64,000 nucleotides of DNA, taken from NCBI GenBank assembly GCA_027310625.1, contig DAIDAM010000002.1:1123-65122 (forward strand), read 5' to 3'. Both the position numbers and the translations under genes were made by a program. The DNA is from a bacterium. Its GTDB lineage: Bacteria; Patescibacteriota; Minisyncoccia; UBA6257; 2-01-FULL-56-20. Below are positions 18,707 to 26,387 of the stretch, piece after piece; the first letter of the stretch is position 1; every line of letters begins with the position of its first letter. The notes under the pieces were generated by a model, which saw only the letters and a program-made list of their open reading frames with translations, did no database searches and had not been told where the DNA came from.

Positions 18707-20851
18707 TTATTGCTCTAGAGAAGTATCTTTGCTGATATATACTTCTCTTGGTTTAGCGCCTTCGCCGGGACCGATGATGCCTTTTTCCTCCATTAAATCA
18801 AGGAGGCGCGCGGCGCGAGCATACCCGACCTTTAGGCGCCTTTGGAGAAGAGAAGCCGACGCTTTTTGCGCCTGTCTCACCACTTCCACCGCCTCATCGT
18901 ACATTTCGTCGCCGTCCTCTTCAAGCGAGTCGTCGAAAAGCGAAACGCCGCCGTTGCCGTTCCCGTTTTCTGCCGCGAATTGTATTTCTTCTTCGGCTAG
19001 AGCGGCATTGTTTTCGCGGATGAAATCTGCGACTTTTTTCGTTTCTTCTTCCGAAATATAGGCGCCCTGGATGCGTTTCGGTTTGGAAAGTTCGGAGGAG
19101 ACAAAAAGGAGGTCGCCCGCGCCGAGAAGTTTTTCTGCGCCGGAGGTGTCAATGATTGTTCTTGAATCAACCTGGCTTGCGACCTGAAGAGCGATTCTCG
19201 ACGTGATGTTTGCTTTGATTAAGCCGGTGATGATTTCCACCGACGGCCTTTGCGTCGAGAGAACGAGATGAATTCCCGTCGCCCGCGCCATCTGCGCAAG
19301 CCGGACAACAAACCCTTCCACTTCGCGTCCGTAGGAGGTCATCAGGTCGGCGAGTTCATCAACGATTATCACTATATAAGGAAGTAATTCATCGCTGTTG
19401 GCTGTTGGCTGTTGGCTGTTGGCTTTGCCATTGTAGCTCTTGATATCGCGGCTGCCGGATTTTTGCAAAAGCTCGTATCTTTTTTCCATTTCCTTTATCG
19501 CCCAGCGGAAAACGGCGAGCGCTTTTTTGTTTTCGACAATCACCGGGCTGACGAGATGCGGAATGCCTTCGTAGATGGAAAGCTCCACGCGCTTGGGGTC
19601 GAGCATAATCAGTTTCAGCGTCGTCGGCGAATTTTTATAAAGCAGCGAAACAATCAGCGACTGAATCATTATTGATTTGCCGCTGCCCGTGGAACCCGCT
19701 ATCAAAAGGTGCGGCATCTTCTCGAGGTCGGCGAAAATCGGTTCGCCGGTAACGTCGCGTCCGAGCGAAAATCCGAGAAGCCCGGAGGAATTGAATTCCG
19801 GATACGCCATCAAACTGCCGAGCCGGACGAGCGCCGCCGCTTTGTTCGGCACTTCGATGCCGACGAGAGATTTCCCGGGAATCGGCGCTTCGATTCTTAT
19901 CGGGTGAGCGGCAAGAGCGAGCGCGAGGTCTTGATTTAGCGCCGTGATCCGCGACAATTTCACCCCTTCGGCGGGCTTGAGCGTGTAGCGCGTTACCTTG
20001 GGACCGATATTTATCTCGCCCATTTCCACGGGGATGCCGAAGCTGTCCAATGTTCTTTTGATGATGTTCGCGTTCGCGCGGAGGTCGCCGGTGGTGGGTT
20101 TTTCTACGGAGGATTTCAAAAGCTCGAGTGGCGGAGGAACATAATTTGCGAAGCTCGGGCGCGGCGTTCTCCTCGCTTTTTTAACCGGCTCCGATTTCGC
20201 CGCTTCCGGCCTCGGCTCGGGAATTTCCTCTTCCTTTTCTTCCTGTTCCTTTTCGGCGGCGGCGATTTTCTTTTCTTCAACGGGCGCAAGGAGCGGCGCC
20301 CCTTCCGGCGCGGATTTCTCCGGCCATTTTATTTTCAGCGGAGCGTTCAGCGTCACGAGTATCGCCGAGACGAAAATTATCGAGTTAATTATTATCGCGG
20401 CGAGATTGCCGAAGGGGATTTTGAGCGAACCGAGAATCACTCCGAGCCAGCCGCCGTTCCCCGAAGTAGCGATATCAATTAGGCCGAGCGCCGAGAGCAT
20501 CATCAGAAAGCCGCCGAGGAGCGTCATGCCGACGAACAATTTTTTCTCCGAAATCAGGAATACGCCCGCGACCGCAAGAAGTATTGTCGGCAGGGCAAAA
20601 TATCCCAATCCCAAAAGCGTTTCAAAAATTCCGAGAAGAAATTCTCCGCCGGGACCAGCTTTATGAAATCCGGCGAGAAAAAAAATTACGGCGAGTCCCA
20701 CGAGCGCAACCGCCCAGATGCTCCGCTTCGTTTCCGGATGGAGACGGTGTTCTTTCGCGCGTTTGCCCCCGCGGTTGCCGCCGCGTTCCGCGACATCGCG
20801 CCCGTTTTTATCACCGTTGTTTCTCGCCATTTCTCTAAAAGTATATTTCAT
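18707..20851 (-). CDS. ftsK: DNA translocase FtsK
   Basis: 714 aa with N-terminal transmembrane helices, a Pro/Glu-rich linker and the FtsK/SpoIIIE ATPase (LIAGSTGSGKSIMIQSLIVSLL). Confidence 0.9.
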   Translation of the reverse strand: MKYTFREMARNNGDKNGRDVAERGGNRGGKRAKEHRLHPETKRSIWAVALVGLAVIFFLAGFHKAGPGGEFLLGIFETLLGLGYFALPTILLAVAGVFLISEKKLFVGMTLLGGFLMMLSALGLIDIATSGNGGWLGVILGSLKIPFGNLAAIIINSIIFVSAILVTLNAPLKIKWPEKSAPEGAPLLAPVEEKKIAAAEKEQEEKEEEIPEPRPEAAKSEPVKKARRTPRPSFANYVPPPLELLKSSVEKPTTGDLRANANIIKRTLDSFGIPVEMGEINIGPKVTRYTLKPAEGVKLSRITALNQDLALALAAHPIRIEAPIPGKSLVGIEVPNKAAALVRLGSLMAYPEFNSSGLLGFSLGRDVTGEPIFADLEKMPHLLIAGSTGSGKSIMIQSLIVSLLYKNSPTTLKLIMLDPKRVELSIYEGIPHLVSPVIVENKKALAVFRWAIKEMEKRYELLQKSGSRDIKSYNGKANSQQPTANSDELLPYIVIIVDELADLMTSYGREVEGFVVRLAQMARATGIHLVLSTQRPSVEIITGLIKANITSRIALQVASQVDSRTIIDTSGAEKLLGAGDLLFVSSELSKPKRIQGAYISEEETKKVADFIRENNAALAEEEIQFAAENGNGNGGVSLFDDSLEEDGDEMYDEAVEVVRQAQKASASLLQRRLKVGYARAARLLDLMEEKGIIGPGEGAKPREVYISKDTSLEQ

Positions 20852-21041
20852 CCCGCACCTTTCACAATACCACTCTGCCTACAAAGGCGATAAATCCAAG
20901 TAAGTTCTCTTTACAGATTCAATGTCATTCCAAAAGGTGCGGGATTCAAAAACATCCATTGTTGAAGCGTTAAGAATGCAAAAGGCGCCGAAGCGACGCC
21001 TTTGCTTCTTTCTCGTTTTTTTCAACTTGCAAAGTCAGCGG

Positions 21042-21281
21042 TGGATCCGGAGGGCGAGGAAAGGCACAAAGGTTTAAAACAAACAACCGCCGAGGTTCAG
21101 GGATTTGTGCTCCGTCTGAGATCATCCCCGCGATGATGAGTACGTCGGTGCGAGGGAAGAGAAAAAACTCCCGAACCATTAATGAGAATTCCCTTTTCAG
21201 GAAACCTCTACCCGCCACGTGGGTAACGAGTTTTTTTCTCGCCTGATGACGAGAGAATGCCTGTCCTGCTCTCCGGATCCA
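21042..21281. repeat. inverted-repeat-bounded structured element, an RT-less paralogue of the element upstream of the reverse transcriptase
   Basis: An 11-nt perfect inverted repeat TGGATCCGGAG (21042-21052) / CTCCGGATCCA (21271-21281). Its 52-nt core at 21184-21235 is 50/52 identical to 22496-22547. Confidence 0.5.
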
Positions 21282-21415
21282 GTCCACCTTGCCCATTAAG
21301 AGGGCTGAGGTGCAAGCTTGACCCGTCTCTGTACAGAAACGAGCTGCTTGCGGGACCTACCTAAATTTTATCATGTAAAGCTGCGCAGTCAAATTTTTTT
21401 GATAAAAAAAGAACG

Positions 21416-22354
21416 TCAGGTCGCACCCGACGTTCCCGATCGTTTCGCAATCGCCTGGCATTCCCTGAACCGGCGGACGAGCTTAAGTTCCGTCGTGTTC
21501 ATGGCTCCAAGACGACGTGCGTCATGGGTGGAATCGCGGAAAACACCCATCATCCCTGCGAGCTTTCGGTACAGGTCAACGTTTCGCTTGAAGACGATGC
21601 GCGCGAGGCCGCGGATTTTTCTTAGGTAGAACCGCGGCAGCATCATGCGTGCCGGAGAATTCACGCCGCGCCACTCGAGGCGGACGCCATTCATCGTAAT
21701 CGGCCCTTTCTTCAGGTCGGCCACCGTTGACTTCCGGTTATTGACCTGAAATCCGGCTTCTTTCATCGCTTCTCTTATAGCCGCGCGCTTCCTCCAGCCA
21801 ATCGGTTGCTTCGCCGAGAACGACAGGTCGTCTAGGTAGCGGGTATAGATAAGATGATGTTTTTCGGAGAGCTCCATCATCTTCCCGTCCATCAGTACCG
21901 CGGCGTAGACGTTGAAAAGGTCGGGGGACGCAGGAGCGCCGATGACCAACCCGCCCTTTTGCGAAAGGCAGTACTTCGCGAGGAACTCCGCAGTTTCTTC
22001 TTCTTCGCCGAAGAGTTCCGGGTTTGCCGCCGAGAGGATTTCGGTAAGTTTCCTGCCGTCAACCGATTGGTAGGCGTTCATGATATCGGTGAGATAGAAA
22101 TACCTGTTCTTCAGATGTTGTCGGACGCTTTCTCTCACCGATTTCCCCGGTTGCGCGCCGAAAGCGTAATCCATTCTTATTTTCAGCTTCCGTAATTCAC
22201 AAATCAGGCGCGCGTGAAGAATACGCATCGGCTCATTCGGGTCGCCTATTGTTCTTATTTTTTTCGTGCCGCCGAGCGGATTCTTATCGACATACCGGAA
22301 AGTTCGGAATTCCGGTTTTCCTTCAATTCCTTCAGTCAACTTGTTAAGGTACAT
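21416..22354 (-). CDS. reverse transcriptase, retron-type
   Basis: RT motifs DIMNAYQSV (motif 1), GGLVIGAPASPDLFNVY (motif 4, GAPxSP) and YTRYLDDLSFS (catalytic YxDD in the retron-style RYxDDLxFS context). The ATG at 22354 is preceded by AAGGAGG. Length is about 312 aa with no maturase or endonuclease domains. Confidence 0.8.
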   Translation of the reverse strand: MYLNKLTEGIEGKPEFRTFRYVDKNPLGGTKKIRTIGDPNEPMRILHARLICELRKLKIRMDYAFGAQPGKSVRESVRQHLKNRYFYLTDIMNAYQSVDGRKLTEILSAANPELFGEEEETAEFLAKYCLSQKGGLVIGAPASPDLFNVYAAVLMDGKMMELSEKHHLIYTRYLDDLSFSAKQPIGWRKRAAIREAMKEAGFQVNNRKSTVADLKKGPITMNGVRLEWRGVNSPARMMLPRFYLRKIRGLARIVFKRNVDLYRKLAGMMGVFRDSTHDARRLGAMNTTELKLVRRFRECQAIAKRSGTSGAT

Positions 22355-22380
22355 CCTAACCTCCTTGTAGAAATCAGCGG

Positions 22381-22598
22381 GAGACCTAGGGACGACTTGA
22401 AGCGTAGAGCCAGACAACAACCGCTGAGGTCTGGGATTCCTGCCTCGGCCCCCGTGGCGGCACGGGTGCAGGGGAGAAAAGCCAAGACCCGTATTGAGAG
22501 TTCCCTTTTCAGGAAACCTCTACCCGCCACGTGGGTGACGAGTTTTTGCTACCCTCATTGGTAGAGCCAAGCGCGCTTCTCGCCGTTCCCTAGGTCTC
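22381..22598 (-). ncRNA. candidate retron msr/msd non-coding RNA: a 12-nt perfect inverted repeat bracketing ~195 nt immediately upstream of the RT
   Basis: GGAGACCTAGGGA at 22380-22392 and TCCCTAGGTCTC at 22587-22598. The RT-proximal copy lies 27 nt upstream of the RT ATG. The internal sequence is GC-rich with several hairpins (CCCGUG-CCGC-CACGGG; CUCUACC...GGGUAGAG). Confidence 0.4.
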
Positions 22599-22772
22599 GG
22601 TCCCGCCTTGCCCTGTAGCCGCAGGGCGGAGGAGCGAGAGATACAACTTCTCGCCGGGACACGTCTATATTTTTTCTGATTCTTCAACAAAAGTCAATTT
22701 AAGCAACAGAAATTGTCGGACAGAAAGTAGTCCAATCGTTCACCCTCATATATTATAATATGAGAACTTCCA

Positions 22773-23546
22773 ATGCTAAAACCCAAAAAATCCTGGAAAG
22801 AAAAGGAGCTCGTCGTTTTTGATTTGGACGGGACGCTGACGGAGAGCAAGTCCGACCTTGAGGCGTGGATGTCGCGGCTTTTATGCAAACTTCTTCAAAA
22901 AAAGAAAGTCGCCGTCATCGGCGGCGGAAGCTACAAACAATTCCAAAAGCAGTTCTTGGCGAAACTGAAATGCCCGCCGCTCCTCAAAAAACATCTTTTT
23001 TTGTTTCCGACCACCTCAACTTCTTTTTATCGTTACAAAAACGGCGGTTGGCGGAATGTTTATACGGAAAATCTCAAACCGCGGCAAAAAAGGAAAATTT
23101 TTCGCGCCTTTGAATATGCTTTCACAAAAATCGGCTACAAACATCCCCAAAAGGTGTACGGAAAAATAATTGAAGACAGGGGAACGCAGATTACTTTTTC
23201 CGCGCTCGGGCAAAAAGCGCCGGTTAAACTCAAGGAGAGGTGGAACAAAGAGAATGACGTCAGGCAAAAGATAATGAGGGAAATGAGAAAAAATTTGCCG
23301 GAGTTTGAAGTGCGAAGCGGCGGGCTCACTTCCGTTGACGTCACTAAAAAAGGAATAGACAAGGCCTACGGCGTGCGGCAAATCAGAAACCATCTGCATA
23401 TACCGGTAAAGAAAATGCTTTTCGTCGGCGACGCGCTTTATCCGGGCGGGAACGACGCCGCCGCGAGAAAAACAGGCATTGAGTGTCTTCAGGTTTCCGG
23501 ACCGAAAGAAGCCGCGAAGTTTGTGTATTTTTTGTTGAAAAACTGA
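22773..23546 (+). CDS. HAD-superfamily hydrolase, phosphomannomutase-like (HAD-IIB)
   Basis: 257 aa with HAD motif I VFDLDGTLT and the C-terminal VGDALYPGGNDAA motif. Confidence 0.6.
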   Translation: MLKPKKSWKEKELVVFDLDGTLTESKSDLEAWMSRLLCKLLQKKKVAVIGGGSYKQFQKQFLAKLKCPPLLKKHLFLFPTTSTSFYRYKNGGWRNVYTENLKPRQKRKIFRAFEYAFTKIGYKHPQKVYGKIIEDRGTQITFSALGQKAPVKLKERWNKENDVRQKIMREMRKNLPEFEVRSGGLTSVDVTKKGIDKAYGVRQIRNHLHIPVKKMLFVGDALYPGGNDAAARKTGIECLQVSGPKEAAKFVYFLLKN

Positions 23547-23622
23547 GAATTGACTGGTGAAAAGTTTTTCCTTACGGTTGAAAGGCAACTTCCCATCAAC
23601 CTATTAACATACCTGAAAGGAG

Positions 23623-23919
23623 GTGATGAAGATGCTGATGTCTACTAGAAAAGACGCGCTGAAGAGAGAAGCTGAAAAAGAGCTGCCGGGGATCGATTCC
23701 CTTTTCACCACTTGCTCACCCTTGTCATTGGAGGAAGCAAAGAAAGTGATCGAAAACGGCGAATCAATTCTCGATCGGCTTGAGGAAGCACTAGCTGAAG
23801 ATCCGAAAGACCACGAGCTTCAAGGCCTAGCTCACAGTTATCGAGAGATGACTAAGAAAGCCAGAGAGGAACTGGATCTACCTAAGCAAGAGGAGATCGG
23901 CAATGAAGAAAACCAGTAG
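23623..23919 (+). CDS. small acidic hypothetical protein
   Basis: 98-aa ORF preceded by a strong AAAGGAGGTG Shine-Dalgarno and followed by a terminator. Confidence 0.45.
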   Translation: MMKMLMSTRKDALKREAEKELPGIDSLFTTCSPLSLEEAKKVIENGESILDRLEEALAEDPKDHELQGLAHSYREMTKKAREELDLPKQEEIGNEENQ

Positions 23920-23925
23920 AAAAAA

Positions 23926-23961
23926 GCGTCCCGATGTCACAGTCGGGACGCTAGCATTTTT
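23926..23961 (+). terminator. rho-independent terminator
   Basis: Stem GCGTCCCGA / TCGGGACGC followed by TAGCATTTTTA. Confidence 0.5.
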
Positions 23962-24088
23962 ACCCCCGCACCAAACGAGGATTGGGGTGCACGCGTCGCC
24001 GAATGGCAACAAATCACAATCCTCAGAATAATGAATTTATTTGTCAAAGAACGAAAAAAAGAAATTGTCCTCGTTTGGTGCGGGGATT
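23956..24088. repeat. 18-nt perfect inverted repeat (CCCCGCACCAAACGAGGA / TCCTCGTTTGGTGCGGGG) bounding a ~100-nt segment. The right arm is part of a promoter-like module repeated at 32254-32310.
   Basis: Direct reading of the sequence. The inner pair GAGGATTG...CAATCCTC is nested inside it. Confidence 0.5.
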
Positions 24089-24124
24089 GACACTCCTTAT
24101 TAATGAGGCGTAGAGTAGAAATGA

Positions 24125-24261
24125 TATGCCCCGTAAGAAACAGCGAGAAAATATAAATATTTTTGAGCTAATGTTACGGGCAACGGCACAAAAGTTGCTT
24201 CAGATAGCTGAAAAGTCGAACCAATGTTCACAAAAAATATTTAATTTCTTACGGGGATGCC
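24125..24261 (+). mobile_element. hairpin-ended element of the CCCCGTAAGAAA / TTTCTTACGGGG family (empty copy)
   Basis: Left end TATGCCCCGTAAGAAA (24125-24140) and right end TTTCTTACGGGGATGCC (24245-24261). Roughly the first 45 nt and last 25 nt match the copy at 32631-32772. The right end supplies the ATG of the downstream gene. Confidence 0.45.
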
Positions 24262-24751
24262 CGAATTTTTCAACAGCTCATTGGGACTTAAAATGACCGT
24301 CCGCCAGGTGGCGGACGAAATTGTCCGCTTTATGAAAGCGGAGCCGAAGCGGAAATATAAAATCATGGTCGGCACGGATTCCGAGCGCCTGATGGACGGA
24401 CGCGCCGATTTTGTGACGGCGGCGGTTGTCCACCGCGTCGGCAACGGCGGACGCTATTTTTGGCGGCGCGCGCAGCTCGGAAAATTTCATACCCTCCGCG
24501 ACCGCATCATCCGCGAGGTCTTGATTTCCATTGACCTCGGCAAGGGAATACTTACCGAATTGAGGAATCTTTCCGATAAATCCGGCGCGATGCCCGAGTG
24601 GGATTTTGAAATTCACGCCGACGTCGGCGAAAACGGCCCCACGAAAGCGATGATTCAGGAAGTCGTCGGCATGATTCGCGCGCACGATTTCGAACCGATT
24701 ACGAAGCCGGCGAGCTACGCGGCGTCCAACGTCGCCGACCGCCACGTGTAG
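24257..24751 (+). CDS. YkuK/DUF458-like protein (RNase H-like fold)
   Basis: 164 aa with YKIMVGTDSE, which resembles the DUF458 core as I remember it. I did not run a search. Confidence 0.45.
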   Translation: MPEFFNSSLGLKMTVRQVADEIVRFMKAEPKRKYKIMVGTDSERLMDGRADFVTAAVVHRVGNGGRYFWRRAQLGKFHTLRDRIIREVLISIDLGKGILTELRNLSDKSGAMPEWDFEIHADVGENGPTKAMIQEVVGMIRAHDFEPITKPASYAASNVADRHV

Positions 24752-24845
24752 GAGTAGTCGCCAATAACGCGAATATTGGCGAAATAATGCGAATAAAATT
24801 CGCGTTATTATAAAACAAAAATCAGCGTTATTCGCGATTACTCCT

Positions 24846-26261
24846 ATGCAGAGAATTTACCTCGATTACGCCGCTTCCACGCCCGTTGCGCCGGAAGTGG
24901 AGCGGGCGATGCGCCCGTACTTTATAAAAGAGTTCGGCAACGCCGGCTCACTCCATTCTTTCGGACAGAAAGCGATGGCGGCGATTGACGAGTCGCGCGA
25001 AACGATTGCAAAAGCCATCGGCGCGGATTTCCGCGAAGTGATATTCACCGCCTCGGCGACCGAGAGCAATAATATTGCTCTCCGCGGAATAACGCAGACC
25101 GCACGCAGAACAACGCGGAATTTTTTCAGCGTGAGTCCGCGTACAGTCCGCGTAAGTCCGCGGCCGAGATTAATAATCTCGGCAATAGAACACGAATCCG
25201 TTCTTGAAACAGCGCGCGACCTAGCCGCCCCCTTTATCAATAAAAATGGGGCGAGCCTCGCCCCTCCAGGGCGGGAGAAAGACGGCGTGGAAGTTGTTTA
25301 TCTGCCGGTTTCCAAAGGCGGCATTGTTGATTTGAAAAAACTCAAGGAGTCACTAAACGAACGGACGATTTTGGTTTCGGTGATGTACGCCAATAACGAG
25401 ATTGGAACCATTCAACCAATCGCGGAAATTTCAGAAATAATCAGAAATTTCCGAGAGACCAGGGACCAGCGACTAGCGACAAAGGGAAAAGACTGGTCTC
25501 CGGTTTCTGGTCTCTATCCTCTCTTCCACACCGACGCCGTCCAGGCATTCCAGTTTCTTGATTGTGATGTGAAAAAACTCGGCGTCGATTTGATGACGCT
25601 TTCGGCGCACAAAATTTACGGACCGAAAGGGATCGGAGCGTTATATGTTCGAAGTTCGGCGTTCGGAGTTCGAAATGAAAAAGACAATCGAACAATTCGA
25701 ACCTCGAACCTCGAACCGATAATTACCGGCGGCGGCCAGGAATTCGGGCTTCGCTCCGGAACGGAAAACGTCCCGCTCATCGTCGGTTTCGCGAAAGCCG
25801 TTTCGCTCGCCGCTAAACTCCGCGAGAAGGAATCAAAAAGAATCGGAGACCTCCGCGATTATTTATGGAGGGAGTTGAAAAAGATTTATCCACCTGCGCA
25901 GGTTAACGGTCAATTTTCATCAACGAATAACGAATCAATTTCGAATAAACGAATTCGTGAATTCGGGACGAATTCGCTATTCGCCGATATTCTTCCGAAT
26001 TTTCTGAATGTTTACTTTCCCGACTACAAGGCGGAGGACCTGCTGACGCGGTTTGATTTGGCGGGCATTGCCGTTTCCGCCGGTTCGGCATGCGCGGCGC
26101 GTTCGACCGAGCCGTCCTATGTCATAAAAACCCTTGTTTTGGGGATGAAACAACCCAGCCGCAGTATTCGTATTACTTTAGGGAGGCCGACGAGCAAAAA
26201 AGACATTGACATAACCCTAAAATTGGCTAGAAAATTATTTGCCACCAATGCCAGGCGGTAG
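24846..26261 (+). CDS. cysteine desulfurase (IscS/NifS family) carrying several repeat-derived in-frame insertions
   Basis: N-terminal YLDYAASTPVAPEV, the PLP-lysine region SAHKIYGPKGIGALYV and the active-site loop SAGSACAARSTEPSYV. It is 471 aa against about 400 aa for typical members. The extra segments map onto repetitive DNA at 25131-25163, 25454-25513, 25646-25718 and 25921-25989. Confidence 0.8.
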   Translation: MQRIYLDYAASTPVAPEVERAMRPYFIKEFGNAGSLHSFGQKAMAAIDESRETIAKAIGADFREVIFTASATESNNIALRGITQTARRTTRNFFSVSPRTVRVSPRPRLIISAIEHESVLETARDLAAPFINKNGASLAPPGREKDGVEVVYLPVSKGGIVDLKKLKESLNERTILVSVMYANNEIGTIQPIAEISEIIRNFRETRDQRLATKGKDWSPVSGLYPLFHTDAVQAFQFLDCDVKKLGVDLMTLSAHKIYGPKGIGALYVRSSAFGVRNEKDNRTIRTSNLEPIITGGGQEFGLRSGTENVPLIVGFAKAVSLAAKLREKESKRIGDLRDYLWRELKKIYPPAQVNGQFSSTNNESISNKRIREFGTNSLFADILPNFLNVYFPDYKAEDLLTRFDLAGIAVSAGSACAARSTEPSYVIKTLVLGMKQPSRSIRITLGRPTSKKDIDITLKLARKLFATNARR

Positions 26262-26387
26262 AAATTCGACTGTTGTGCTAAAGCACAACAATGGGCGAGA
26301 TCTCTATTGCTTGGCTGATGACATTGGCGTACATAACGAGTCGAGGTTATCATTAAGTAAAAATCAAATCGAATTTTCACTGCCTGG

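Noticed and set aside
20970-21296. Minus-strand 108-aa ORF (MGKVDWIRRAG...) between the RT and ftsK, considered as a possible retron effector
   Set aside because: It lies entirely over the inverted-repeat-bounded structured element and the duplicated 52-nt core. It has no start context or recognisable fold, so it is more likely a chance ORF across GC-rich structured DNA.
21416-22354. Group II intron interpretation of the RT locus
   Set aside because: At about 312 aa the RT is too short to include maturase (X) or En domains. I could not find a domain V-like GAGC...GUACGG hairpin downstream or a GUGYG 5' end. The YTRYLDDLSFS context is retron-like rather than the group II VRYADD context.
21184-22547. 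DGR template/variable repeat pair: the two 52-nt cores differ only at two positions where the 21184 copy has A and the 22496 copy has G
   Set aside because: There are only two differences and both are simple transitions. Neither copy lies inside a protein-coding target gene. The RT has SP (GAPASP) rather than the DGR-diagnostic SQ in motif 4. The architecture fits a retron-like inverted-repeat-bounded RNA better than TR/VR.
22214-22564. Plus-strand 116-aa ORF overlapping the RT start and the candidate msr/msd
   Set aside because: It is antisense to the RT gene and overlaps the structured region, and it has no Shine-Dalgarno. Treated as a spurious ORF.
24278-24745. 155-aa minus-strand ORF antisense to the DUF458-like gene
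   Set aside because: It overlaps the better-supported plus-strand gene completely and is Arg/Ala-rich antisense noise.
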